Notes under the pieces: generated by a model
Told to the model about the DNA's origin: nothing
Seen by the model: only the letters and a program-made list of their open reading frames with translations
Database searches by the model: none
Program-made: the position numbers and the translations under genes
Shown: in pieces, positions 40,541-50,307 of the stretch
Layout of the letters: the number at the start of each line of letters is the position of its first letter
Position numbering within the stretch: position 1 is the first letter of the stretch
From: an uncultured Candidatus Saccharibacteria bacterium
GTDB lineage: Bacteria; Patescibacteriota; Saccharimonadia; Saccharimonadales; Saccharimonadaceae
Assembly (NCBI GenBank): GCA_946548715.1
Contig: CAMNPZ010000002.1
Span: forward strand, 2,908 to 66,907
Reading direction: 5' to 3'
DNA: 64,000 nt

Positions 40541-40834
40541 CTACTCTTTGGCGGTACGAATATTGGATTCCATAAAACTTTTGGCTTTCTGAATTCGCGC
40601 CACTAACTTGTAAAGGGATTCAATCTCAAATTCCGATAAATCATATCCGTTGTAGATGAAAACCAACTCTGAGTTTTCGTCTAAGGTCACGGAGTTGACT
40701 TCATCCCCTTCTATGGGTTTGTACTCGTTCTCAATGCGGTTTCGTAAAAAAAACTGAAAACCATGGCCTACGAGTTTCCTTTTTAAATCGGGAGATATTT
40801 TTCCCTTCAACCTCAGTGAGACGGTGATTTTCAT
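40541..40834 (-). CDS. Small hypothetical protein
   Basis: SD aggagggg upstream; 97 aa. Confidence 0.6.
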   Translation of the reverse strand: MKITVSLRLKGKISPDLKRKLVGHGFQFFLRNRIENEYKPIEGDEVNSVTLDENSELVFIYNGYDLSEFEIESLYKLVARIQKAKSFMESNIRTAKE

Positions 40835-40959
40835 TTATACCCCTCCTTTTAAGGTGCGTGTTGTCGGTTGTATATATTGTACCATATTTTCTTAAAAAAA
40901 GCAAGGGTTTGAATTAGTTTTGGCTTGGTATAATAGATTATAGATAGTTTGGAGGAAAT

Positions 40960-42084
40960 ATGATAAAGATTAATTTTGACTCAAAAGTGGATACAACAAA
41001 AGCGACAGCTATTTTAAAAGAAATTGCAAAGGATAGGATGGGGGGATGGTTTAATTTACCTAGGAAATATGACATGGGGGAATTGATGCGGATCAAAGAG
41101 GCGGCACAGAAGATTCGGGATGAGTCTGAGGTATTGGTATGCATTGGGATAGGTGGGTCATATCTGGGGCATAGAGCAGTTATTGAAGCTTTGCGACCGA
41201 AATCTGGTACTAGGATTATCTATGCGGGGAATTCTTTATCGCGAAGAGAACTTGATCATGCTTTGAAATTGGTAGGCGATCATGATTTTTCGATAAATGT
41301 AATATCGAAGTCTGGTACTACTTTGGAGCCAGCGCTCGCGTTTGGTGAATTCAGGAAGAAATTAATTGAGAAATACGGCGAGGAAGAAGCTTATCAGCGT
41401 ATTTATGCGACGACAGATAAGAAGCAAGGAGCTTTACATGACGAGGCGGTGGCGTGTGGATATACGAGATTTGTGGTGCCGGATAATATCGGTGGGCGAT
41501 ATTCGGTGTTGACTGCGGTAGGAATGTTGCCGATGGCAGTGGCGGGGGTTGATATTGATAAGCTACTCGAAGGGGCAGCAGATGCGGCTTCGGAGTCGGT
41601 TGAGGCGGCAGTAAATTATGCGTTTATGCGATATGAATTAGGTGCTAAGGGGTATGATACTGAAGTATTTGCAAGCTTTGAGCCTTGTACGGCATATTTC
41701 AATGAATGGTTGAAACAACTGTTTGGCGAGTCGGAGGGGAAGGATAAGCAAGGTGTGTGGCCAGCTTCGGTGGTTTATTCGACGGATTTGCATTCGTTGG
41801 GGCAGTTTATGCAGGATGGAAGACGAAACTTGTGGGAAACTATTATTGATTATCCGACCGACGAGACTAATGCTAAAGTCGTGCAGGCCGTGAAAATAGC
41901 GCATTTGCAGGGTGGAATACCAGTATTGGACATTGCGGTGTCGTCATTTGACGAAAAGGGATTTGGGGAATTGATTTATTTCTTTGAATTGGCTTGTGCG
42001 GTGTCGGCAAAGCTATTTGGTGTGAATCCGTTCGATCAACCTGGGGTGGAGGCATATAAAAATGAGCTAAGAAAGCTCATTTAG
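40960..42084 (+). CDS. pgi: Glucose-6-phosphate isomerase (compact, 374 aa)
   Basis: IGIGGSYLG, SKSGTTLEP, GGRYSVL, QLFGESEGK, FDQPGVEAYK. Confidence 0.95.
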   Translation: MIKINFDSKVDTTKATAILKEIAKDRMGGWFNLPRKYDMGELMRIKEAAQKIRDESEVLVCIGIGGSYLGHRAVIEALRPKSGTRIIYAGNSLSRRELDHALKLVGDHDFSINVISKSGTTLEPALAFGEFRKKLIEKYGEEEAYQRIYATTDKKQGALHDEAVACGYTRFVVPDNIGGRYSVLTAVGMLPMAVAGVDIDKLLEGAADAASESVEAAVNYAFMRYELGAKGYDTEVFASFEPCTAYFNEWLKQLFGESEGKDKQGVWPASVVYSTDLHSLGQFMQDGRRNLWETIIDYPTDETNAKVVQAVKIAHLQGGIPVLDIAVSSFDEKGFGELIYFFELACAVSAKLFGVNPFDQPGVEAYKNELRKLI

Positions 42085-42097
42085 GATATGAAATCTA

Positions 42098-42184
42098 TGG
42101 TGCCCGAGGCAGGACTTGAACCTGTACAGTATTGCTACCACTAGCACCTGAAGCTAGCGCGTCTACCAATTCCGCCACTCGGGC
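42098..42184 (-). tRNA. tRNA-Leu(CAG)
   Basis: gcccgag/ctcgggc acceptor, loop ttcaggt, long variable arm, CCA. Confidence 0.97.
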
Positions 42185-42205
42185 ACGCTATGATTATAAC
42201 ATATT

Positions 42206-43147
42206 TTACTTCGTAATGATAGTGCCGGCTTTGCCGGTGAGGGCGAGAGCGAGGTGGTCGATGTCTGTGATAATACCGAGGCGACCAGGCTTACTGGCAA
42301 AGGTGGCAGCGGCTTGGATTTTGGGGAGCATGGAGCCAGCTTTGAAATATCCTGCCTTGATGTGTTTGGTGAGGTCTTTGACGGTAATTCTATGAATAGC
42401 TTCTGCTTCGGGAGTGCCGAAGTTGATGTAAGCATTAGGTACGGCAGTGACGGAGACGAAGATGTCGGCTTTGACCTCTTCGGCGAGGCGTTCTGCGGCG
42501 AAATCTTTGTCGATGACAGCATCGATGCCCTTCAAACGTTTTAGGACTTTGGTACGATAGACTGGAATGCCACCGCCGCCAGCAGCGATAACGATGACGC
42601 CATCTTTGATGAGCTCACGGATGGTGCGTTTTTCGACGATGTCAATGGGTTTCGGGCTAGCAACCACACGACGCCAACCGCGTCCAGCATCTTCTTTGAC
42701 GGTCCAGTGGTTGACTTTGGCAAGGGCTTTGGCTTGTTTTTCGTTATAAAATTGGCCAATAGGTTTGGTAGGGTTCTTGAAAGCGGGGTCATTGACGTCG
42801 ACGACAACCTGAGAGATGATGGTGGCGACTTTGCGATTAATGCCTTTTTTGACGAAGGCATTGTGGATGGCTTGAGTGAGCCAATAACCGATTTGGCCTT
42901 GGCTCATAGCTACGGCGGTCTCGAGTGGCATGGCTGGAGCTTTGCTTGATGCGGCTTGCTCTTCGTGAATTAGGATATTGCCGACCTGTGGACCGTTGCC
43001 GTGGGCGATGACGATTTCATACTTATGGGCCAGGGCAGCTACAATAATGCCGACGGTGCTGGCGACCTTTTTCTGGGCTTCGGCGGTAACCTCGCCGTTT
43101 TGCTGGAGGGCGTTGCCACCAAGTGCTAAGACAATGCGTTTTTTCAT
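42206..43147 (-). CDS. arcC: Carbamate kinase
   Basis: LALGGNAL, HGNGPQVG, PTKPIG, GWRRVVASP, IDKD, GSMLPKI. Confidence 0.96.
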   Translation of the reverse strand: MKKRIVLALGGNALQQNGEVTAEAQKKVASTVGIIVAALAHKYEIVIAHGNGPQVGNILIHEEQAASSKAPAMPLETAVAMSQGQIGYWLTQAIHNAFVKKGINRKVATIISQVVVDVNDPAFKNPTKPIGQFYNEKQAKALAKVNHWTVKEDAGRGWRRVVASPKPIDIVEKRTIRELIKDGVIVIAAGGGGIPVYRTKVLKRLKGIDAVIDKDFAAERLAEEVKADIFVSVTAVPNAYINFGTPEAEAIHRITVKDLTKHIKAGYFKAGSMLPKIQAAATFASKPGRLGIITDIDHLALALTGKAGTIITK

Positions 43148-43225
43148 AGTTTTATTTTAGCACAAAGTGCTTGTACTTAAAATAGACTTGGTATATAATC
43201 ATATGTATAAGAAAGGGCATCATTA

Positions 43226-44227
43226 ATGAATTTTTATGGTAAAGACTTTTTAAGAATACTCGATTTTAGCGAGGAGGAGTTGCGGTACATGCTTGCGATG
43301 TCAACGCAATTCAAAAAAATGAAAAAGGCAAAACAAAACCACAAATATTTTCCAGATAAAAATATTGCGATACTGTTTGAAAAGACTTCAACACGAACGC
43401 GTTGCTCGTTTGAAGTGGCTGGATATGATTTAGGGATGGGCGTGACGTTTTTGGACCCATCTGGTTCGCAAATGGGACATAAGGAATCAATTGCGGATAC
43501 AGCGCGAGTACTGTCACGGCTCTATGATGGTATTGAATATAGAGGATTCGATCAGCAAATCGTGGATGATTTGGCTAAGTATTCAGATGTACCAGTGTGG
43601 AACGGTTTGACTGATGAATGTCATCCGACGCAGGCACTTGGTGATTTTTTGACGATTCAGGAGCATTTTGGACATTTGTCTGGTTTGACGCTGGCTTTCG
43701 TGGGGGATACGAGAAATAACGTGGCGAATTCCTTGATGGCGATGAGTGCGAAAATGGGTGTGAATTTTATTGCTTGTGGACCAAACCATTTGAGGCCGTC
43801 GGACGATATTATTAATAAATGTCAACCGATTGCAGAGAAGAATGGCTCGACGATTACGATTACTTCTGATGTGGCTGCATTGAACGGCAAAGCTGATGTA
43901 ATATATACCGATGTGTGGCTGTCACTTGGTGAGCCGCAGGAAAAATGGGGTGAAAGAATTGAATTATTGAAGCCTTATCAAGTAAATAGTGAGATGATGT
44001 CGAAAGCGAAGGACTCTACGATTTTCTTGCACTGTTTGCCTTCGTTCCATGATTTGAATACTTCGATTGCAAGAGATGTACACGAAAAATTTGGGATTTC
44101 CGAGATGGAAGTGACGGATGAGGTGTTTAATTCGGAGCGTTCGTTGGTATTTGAGCAGGCAGAAAACAGGATGCACACAATTAAAGCAGTGATGTTCTTA
44201 ACACTATGGAAAAAGGAGGAAAAATAA
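43226..44227 (+). CDS. arcB: Ornithine carbamoyltransferase (catabolic)
   Basis: FEKTSTRTR, WNGLTDECHPTQ, TDVWLSLG, HCLPSFH. Confidence 0.96.
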   Translation: MNFYGKDFLRILDFSEEELRYMLAMSTQFKKMKKAKQNHKYFPDKNIAILFEKTSTRTRCSFEVAGYDLGMGVTFLDPSGSQMGHKESIADTARVLSRLYDGIEYRGFDQQIVDDLAKYSDVPVWNGLTDECHPTQALGDFLTIQEHFGHLSGLTLAFVGDTRNNVANSLMAMSAKMGVNFIACGPNHLRPSDDIINKCQPIAEKNGSTITITSDVAALNGKADVIYTDVWLSLGEPQEKWGERIELLKPYQVNSEMMSKAKDSTIFLHCLPSFHDLNTSIARDVHEKFGISEMEVTDEVFNSERSLVFEQAENRMHTIKAVMFLTLWKKEEK

Positions 44228-45456
44228 TGAAAAACGTCATAAGTAATTTTAGCGAAATAGCACCCCTCAAGAAAGTGCTAATGCATCGACCGGGCGAGGA
44301 GTTTTTAAATTTGACGCCAAATACACTCGAAAGATTATTATTCGACGATATTCCGTATCTGAAGCAAGCACAACAGGAGCATGATGCGTTTGCGAATGCA
44401 CTACGCAGTGAAGGTGTGGAAGTGGTATATTTGGTTGATTTAGTTGCAGAGGCAATTGAGGCTGGTGGCAGGATGGTACGTAAGAAGTTTCTGGAGCAAT
44501 TTATTGCAGAAGCTGGAGTGACGTCTCCAAAGGTAGTAAAGCATTGCTATGATTATCTGAATAGTTTTAAAGACACGAAGGAAATGGTGCAGAAATGCAT
44601 TGCTGGGATTGATATAACTGAGTTGAAAAAACTAGGCGCAGTGTCTGGGTTTTATGCGACACGGGATACTGGTAGAATGATTATTGATCCAATTCCAAAT
44701 ATTTATTTTCAGCGTGACCCAATGGCGACTGTGGGGCATGGGGCGACACTTCATCGAATGTGGTCGGTGACAAGAACACGGGAGTCGATTTTTATGGAAT
44801 ATGTCTATCAATATCATCCGTTCTATGATGATGTGAAACTATATTATGACAGGACTGAGCCTTATTGTATTGAGGGTGGCGATATTGAAGTACTCTCATC
44901 AGAAGTGGTAGCGATTGGTATCTCTCAGCGTACGGAACCGGATGCGATTGCAAATTTTGCTAAGAGGTTATTTAAGGATAAATCGAACAGCTTTAAGTAT
45001 GTGTTAGCTATTGATATTCCAGACGAGCGGAGTTTTATGCATCTTGATACGGTGATGACGCAAGTAGATGTGGATAAGTTTGCGGTACAAGATGCAATTA
45101 TGGATATATCGACTATTTACGAGATTACGCCGGGGCGTGGTGGCGAAATTGAAATTGTGGAGATTCATCAAAGTTTGCAAAAAGTATTGGAGAAGTATTT
45201 GCATCTTAATAAAGTTGAGCTGATTAAGTGCGGCAATGGTCGAAGAATTGACGCGGAGCGTGAGCAGTGGAGCGATGGGGTGAATTTGATTTGCTTGCGC
45301 CCTGGTGTAGTGATTGCATATGATCGTAATTTTGTTACAAATCAGACTTTGAAAAAGCATGGCGTAAAAGTAATTGAAATTCCGAGTTCAGAATTATCGC
45401 GCGGGCGTGGTGGCTCGCACTGTATGACGATGGCGCTCGTCAGAGAGGAGGCATAG
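44227..45456 (+). CDS. arcA: Arginine deiminase
   Basis: SEIAPLKKVLMHRPG, LLFDDIP, FQRDP, IEGGD, MHLDTV, SRGRGGSHCMT. Confidence 0.97.
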   Translation: MKNVISNFSEIAPLKKVLMHRPGEEFLNLTPNTLERLLFDDIPYLKQAQQEHDAFANALRSEGVEVVYLVDLVAEAIEAGGRMVRKKFLEQFIAEAGVTSPKVVKHCYDYLNSFKDTKEMVQKCIAGIDITELKKLGAVSGFYATRDTGRMIIDPIPNIYFQRDPMATVGHGATLHRMWSVTRTRESIFMEYVYQYHPFYDDVKLYYDRTEPYCIEGGDIEVLSSEVVAIGISQRTEPDAIANFAKRLFKDKSNSFKYVLAIDIPDERSFMHLDTVMTQVDVDKFAVQDAIMDISTIYEITPGRGGEIEIVEIHQSLQKVLEKYLHLNKVELIKCGNGRRIDAEREQWSDGVNLICLRPGVVIAYDRNFVTNQTLKKHGVKVIEIPSSELSRGRGGSHCMTMALVREEA

Positions 45457-45508
45457 GTCGAGAAAGTAGAGTTGGTGGGGGATAATATTAACGTAAAAAG
45501 GATTTGAA

Positions 45509-47341
45509 ATGTTTAAGAAGAAAAATCGAAGCAAGAAACGAACACGTGCGATGCTGTCGGCGTATTCGATTATTATGATTTTGATTATTTTGCTTGGCAT
45601 TTTGTCACATGTATTGCCAAGAGCAAAGTATATGCCAATTGAATCAAATGAGAACCATCCGGCAGTCGAAGTCGGTCCAGGTGAGTGGGAGGGTGAGATG
45701 CCCACTGGTGGGCCTGCTGCTTTGCAATCGGGAGAGACGCCTGAAAATTTGGCATTGCCGGAAGGCGAGTCTTTTGCTCCTATGGTGGGTGATGAGACGA
45801 CCAATGAGGGTCAGCCTGGTCCAGAATCCCGTATGCTAACTGATGCGCCGGTGTCGGATGATGAAATGTCGAATCGGAGTATTGAAGAGACTGTGGTAAC
45901 CGGTGAGGAGGTGACAACTGATGGCGTAGCTGAAGATGTCATGCTGATTGCAGCGGAGCCCGAAACATATGACACGTTGGAAGCTTGCGAAGAAGAGTAT
46001 GGTGAAGATGGCTGTACGATTGTTGAAGGCTCTGGCGTTGAGGGTGCTGAATTATATCAAGTATTAATGGCGCCGATTTTAGGGTTTGAAGATGCGATTG
46101 ATGTTTGTATCTTTGTAATGATTCTCGGTGGATTCCTTGCTGTGATGGCAAAAACCAAGGCATTGGAAACCGGTATTAAACTTCTCGTAAAGAAAATGCA
46201 TGGCAAAGAATACTTACTGATACTCCTCTTGATGTTTATTTTCTCAGTAATGGGTACGACATATGGATTTCTTGAAGAAAGCGTTGGTTTCTACGTATTG
46301 GTCGCGGCGACAATGTTTGCGGCTGGACTCGACCCGCTAGTCGGTGTGGCGACGATTTTGCTAGGTGCTGGCTCCGGCGTGCTTGGGTCTACGATTAATC
46401 CATTTGCGACTGGGGTGGCTATTTCGGCAATGAAAGATGCTGGCGTGGAATTTAACCAGGGAACGGTAATCCTGATTGCGGTAGTATTATGGCTAACTAC
46501 GCTTGCAGTTGCTGCATTCTTCGTAGTACGATACGCGAAAAAAGTGCAGCGAGACAAGGGTTCGACATTCTTGTCGCTGAGAGAACAGGCTGCAGCGGAA
46601 AAACGTTATTCGAAATACTTGAGTGCGAAGGATGACAGCCTAAGGTTAACTGGTCGACAAATTGCATCTTTGATTGTGTTCGGTTTGACATTTGTAGTAA
46701 TGATTGTTGGGTTCATCCCGTGGGGTGAATTTGGAATAACGTTCTTCGATAATTGGACTGGTTGGTTGACTGGTGCATCGCTCGGTAATTGGTGGTTCTA
46801 TGAAGCGGCACTTTGGTTCTTGATTGCAGCGATTATCATTGCAATCATCAATCGTGATGGCGAGCACGGATTCATTGATACATTTGTCGATGGGGCGGAT
46901 GACATGGTTGGGGTAGTGTTGGTTATTGCGGTAGCGCGTGGCGCTTCGGTGTTGATGGCTGAGACTTCAATGGATTCGTTTATCATTGTGAATGCTGCAA
47001 ATTGGTTGGAAACTTTACCAGAAATGCTATTTGTGCCTTTGAACTATGTACTCCATATTGTACTGTCCGTACTGGTGCCATCTTCGTCTGGACTTGCTAC
47101 GCTTTCGACGCCAATTATCGCGCCGGTTGCGGCACAGCTTGGTTACAGTACAAATGTGGCAGCTATGACAATTGTATCTGCAAATGGTCTCGTAAACCTT
47201 ATTACGCCAACTTGTGGTGCGATTATGGCTGGGTTGGCGCTAGCGAAAGTTGATTACTCGACTTGGTTTAAGTGGGGGATTCGAGTGGTAGCATGCATCG
47301 CGGTTGTCAATATTGTAGTGCTTTGCTTATTCTCATTGTAG
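45509..47341 (+). CDS. arcD: YfcC/ArcD-type arginine-ornithine antiporter with a ~130-aa acidic insertion
   Basis: GTTYGFLEE, GSTINPFATG, GFIPW, LVPSSSGLA, NLITPTCG. Confidence 0.9.
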   Translation: MFKKKNRSKKRTRAMLSAYSIIMILIILLGILSHVLPRAKYMPIESNENHPAVEVGPGEWEGEMPTGGPAALQSGETPENLALPEGESFAPMVGDETTNEGQPGPESRMLTDAPVSDDEMSNRSIEETVVTGEEVTTDGVAEDVMLIAAEPETYDTLEACEEEYGEDGCTIVEGSGVEGAELYQVLMAPILGFEDAIDVCIFVMILGGFLAVMAKTKALETGIKLLVKKMHGKEYLLILLLMFIFSVMGTTYGFLEESVGFYVLVAATMFAAGLDPLVGVATILLGAGSGVLGSTINPFATGVAISAMKDAGVEFNQGTVILIAVVLWLTTLAVAAFFVVRYAKKVQRDKGSTFLSLREQAAAEKRYSKYLSAKDDSLRLTGRQIASLIVFGLTFVVMIVGFIPWGEFGITFFDNWTGWLTGASLGNWWFYEAALWFLIAAIIIAIINRDGEHGFIDTFVDGADDMVGVVLVIAVARGASVLMAETSMDSFIIVNAANWLETLPEMLFVPLNYVLHIVLSVLVPSSSGLATLSTPIIAPVAAQLGYSTNVAAMTIVSANGLVNLITPTCGAIMAGLALAKVDYSTWFKWGIRVVACIAVVNIVVLCLFSL

Positions 47342-47509
47342 AATATTTAAATCTATAAGATTTCTCAGCGATAAAATTTCACCAAGATAAAAATTACAAC
47401 GGTAGGCGGATTTTGTCGGAAATTGCAGTTTCCTCCAAAATCCGTACTAGTTGTAATTTTTATATGGGAAATTTTATATGCTTCGAAATCTTATAGATTT
47501 GATATTCTA
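47339..47509. repeat. ~170-bp AT-rich foldback (imperfect palindrome), copy 1
   Basis: gaatatttaaatctataagattt / aaatcttatagatttgatattc; ataaaaattacaac / gttgtaatttttat; cggattttg / caaaatccg. Confidence 0.9.
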
Positions 47510-47583
47510 AGATAATAAGTATGGCCTAAATGTGGTTATGCTTTGAAATGCTATTTTTATTGTTAATATGCTATAATAAGGTT

Positions 47584-49194
47584 ATGGATAAACTACAGTT
47601 TGATGGGCCTGTGGTGCTCGCGATATTAGATGGGGTAGGATTGGCGCCGGATGCGCCTGGTAATGCAGTGAGTCGGGCGAGGACGCCGTTTCTAGGACGA
47701 GCTGCGCAGAGTTGTTTGCATGTGGCACTTGATGCTTCGGGAGAAGCTGTGGGGCTATTGCCTGGACAGATGGGGAATTCGGAAGTTGGTCATAATACGA
47801 TGGGGTCGGGTCGAGTGATTAAGCAAGGAATTGCACATATTGAGGAGGCGTTTGCGACTGGAGAAGTGTTTGAATCTGATGCATGGAAAGGGGCGATAGC
47901 GCGGGTTAAAACTGAGAATGATGCGCACAAGGAGCAAGGTGCAACTCTACATTTTGCAGGGATTTTTTCGGATGGGGGAGTGCATAGCCATATTTCACAT
48001 CTTGAACAGATGGTTATTAAAGCATACGAGCAAGGTATTAGACGAATGAGAGTACATGCAGTGTTTGACGGACGTGACGTACCGCCGCAATCTGAACCGA
48101 AATTTATCAAGAGATTTGAGCAATTTGTGAATAGATTTGCGGATGCAGATATTCGGATTGCTTCGGGTGGGGGACGGATGGTGTGCGTGGCTGATAGATA
48201 TGAAAATGATTGGACTGTGGTAGCGCGTGGATGGGATATGATGGTAAATGGCGAGGCTGATTATTATTTCCATTCAGCAGAGGAAGCTGTGACGATTTTG
48301 CGTCGAATCAATCCGAGTGTACAAGATCAGGATTTGCCGCCTTTTGTGGTGGTAGATGAGAATGAGCAACCGGTAGGACGGATCCAGAAGGGTGATGCTT
48401 TGATTTATTTTGATTTTAGAGCGGATAGGGCGATTGAAATTGCGCAGGCATTTACGTATTGGGATTTTCCGTATTTTAATCGAGGTGAGTATACACCAGA
48501 TGATGTGTACTTCGTGGGAATGACGGAATATAATTCAGATACACATGTGCCGGAGCATCGTTTGGTGGAGCCGGTGAAGATTACAGAGACGTTGAGTAAG
48601 TTTTTGGGCGAACATGGCGTGAGTCAACTTGCGATTTCGGAGACAGTGAAATATGGGCATGTGACGTATTATTTTGATGGCAATAGCTATGATAAGGCGC
48701 CGCTCGAAGAGTTCGTAGAAGTAGAATCTTACGTAGAACCGTTTGAGACAAGACCATGGATGCGATGTGCGGAAATTACCGACACGGTAATTCGGGAAAT
48801 GCCGAATTATCGATTTGTGCGGGTAAACTATCCGGGGGGCGATATGGTGGGACACACGGCAAATATGGAAGCGACGATTGTGGCAATGGAGTCGATTGAT
48901 TTGTCGCTCGCAAGATTGGCGGCTAAGGTTGATGAACTTGGGGGGTGTCTAGTGATAGTGGCGGACCATGGGAATGCGGAGGAGCTGTTGGACGCTGAAG
49001 GGCGGCCGAAGACGGCGCATACAACCAATAAAGTGCCATGTATTATATATGATGAAACGAAAAATCGTGAGTTATATCAGTTAGCCGATGTGGTAAATCC
49101 TGGGCTTGCTAATCTTGCGGCGACGGTGGCGACGCTACTCGGGCTTGATGACTATCCGGAACAATGGAGCCCTTCGTTAATAAGAACTAAATAG
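47584..49194 (+). CDS. gpmI: 2,3-bisphosphoglycerate-independent phosphoglycerate mutase; start revised from 47530
   Basis: LAILDGVG, GQMGNSEVGH, DGGVHSH, DGRDV, DFRADRA, DMVGHT, ADHGNAE, HTTNKVP. Confidence 0.96.
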   Translation: MDKLQFDGPVVLAILDGVGLAPDAPGNAVSRARTPFLGRAAQSCLHVALDASGEAVGLLPGQMGNSEVGHNTMGSGRVIKQGIAHIEEAFATGEVFESDAWKGAIARVKTENDAHKEQGATLHFAGIFSDGGVHSHISHLEQMVIKAYEQGIRRMRVHAVFDGRDVPPQSEPKFIKRFEQFVNRFADADIRIASGGGRMVCVADRYENDWTVVARGWDMMVNGEADYYFHSAEEAVTILRRINPSVQDQDLPPFVVVDENEQPVGRIQKGDALIYFDFRADRAIEIAQAFTYWDFPYFNRGEYTPDDVYFVGMTEYNSDTHVPEHRLVEPVKITETLSKFLGEHGVSQLAISETVKYGHVTYYFDGNSYDKAPLEEFVEVESYVEPFETRPWMRCAEITDTVIREMPNYRFVRVNYPGGDMVGHTANMEATIVAMESIDLSLARLAAKVDELGGCLVIVADHGNAEELLDAEGRPKTAHTTNKVPCIIYDETKNRELYQLADVVNPGLANLAATVATLLGLDDYPEQWSPSLIRTK

Positions 49195-49206
49195 ATACTC
49201 TTGTAA

Positions 49207-49378
49207 TATTTGAAGCTAAGCAACTAGATTTCTCAACTTGAAATCTCGCCGTATAAAAATCACAACAGTTAGTCGGACTCGTCCTGGTATTTCAGTACCA
49301 GCTACTCGTCCGTAACTGTTGTGATTTTTATCGGGCGATTTCAAAATGTTTCGAAATCTAGTTACTTAGTTTCAAATA
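49207..49378. repeat. ~172-bp AT-rich foldback, copy 2 (homologous to copy 1)
   Basis: tatttgaagctaagcaactagatttc / gaaatctagttacttagtttcaaata; ataaaaatcacaacagtta / taactgttgtgatttttat. Confidence 0.9.
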
Positions 49379-49401
49379 CCATGAAAGATATTATCTGTTT
49401 T

Positions 49402-50232
49402 CTAATTGCCGCAGACGACGTTGTTGGCGTGGAGCCAACCTTCGACGGAACCGCCGTCGAGGTATTCGCCTTTGGTGGTCGCAATGCGCATGGTGCCGCC
49501 GTTTTTGATGTAATCATCGATGGGGTCGGTGACCATGTATTCTTGGTCTTTGGGGCCGAAGTCGTGTTCGTTGACGTATTTAACAATGCGTTGTAAGAGT
49601 TCGGGCGACATGATATATTTGGAGACATTGATGAGATTAGAGGGGGCTTCTTCGGGGGTGGGTTTCTCGACGACATCTATCAATTTGCCGTCTTTGGCGG
49701 AAAGAACGCCGTATTTTTCGACGTCTTGCTGGTCGATTTCGACGCCGAGAATGGCGGAGTCGGTATCGGATTGCAGTGATTTGATGAGGGCTTCGCTGGC
49801 GGATTCGCCACCTGGATTCCAGATAAAGTCGTCGCCCATGAACACTAAGACTGGTTCATTGAGGTGGTATTCTTCTACTACCATGGCGATAGGTACGGCA
49901 GTGCCATATTTACCGGCTGGATCTTGGACGGTATAGTGAATGGTGACATCGTCAGGTAGGGTTTTGGCGAGTTTGAGACGATCTTCTTTGCCGCGGTCGA
50001 TGAGATATTGATTGAGGGCGAGGTTGTCTTTGTAGAATTCTTGGACTTGGCAGGGTTCGACGTTTGATATAACCATGTAGATATCTTTGACGCCAGCCTT
50101 GATAAGCTCTTGAACTGAGTAATCGACGAGGGGACGATTGCCGACTGGGAGCATGGATTTCTCGATGATTTTAGTGATTGGTAAACGACGAGTACCCCAG
50201 CCTGCGACCGGGATGATAGCTTTTGTAATCAT
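49402..50232 (-). CDS. Sugar-phosphate nucleotidyltransferase (GalU-like)
   Basis: KAIIPVAGWGTRRLPITK, GKYGTA, VEKP, YLDGG. Confidence 0.88.
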   Translation of the reverse strand: MITKAIIPVAGWGTRRLPITKIIEKSMLPVGNRPLVDYSVQELIKAGVKDIYMVISNVEPCQVQEFYKDNLALNQYLIDRGKEDRLKLAKTLPDDVTIHYTVQDPAGKYGTAVPIAMVVEEYHLNEPVLVFMGDDFIWNPGGESASEALIKSLQSDTDSAILGVEIDQQDVEKYGVLSAKDGKLIDVVEKPTPEEAPSNLINVSKYIMSPELLQRIVKYVNEHDFGPKDQEYMVTDPIDDYIKNGGTMRIATTKGEYLDGGSVEGWLHANNVVCGN

Positions 50233-50307
50233 TTTAAAAATTCCTGTTAAGTTATGGGTTTATTGTAGCATATTTGTGGTACAATAGTAAGCGTAAGGAG
50301 AATTAAA

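Noticed and set aside
30185-42084. pgk and pgi as truncated pseudogenes
   Set aside because: Both keep N- and C-terminal catalytic motifs in one frame; they are short through internal loop loss.
43148-43225. ArgR box in the arcC-arcB divergent promoter
   Set aside because: Only a short agcac-aaa-gtgct palindrome is present; no match to the ARG-box consensus.
45640-46040. ArcD insertion as another palindromic element
   Set aside because: No inverted arms or CCCGTCGCCACGGG core; it looks like a protein-level low-complexity loop.
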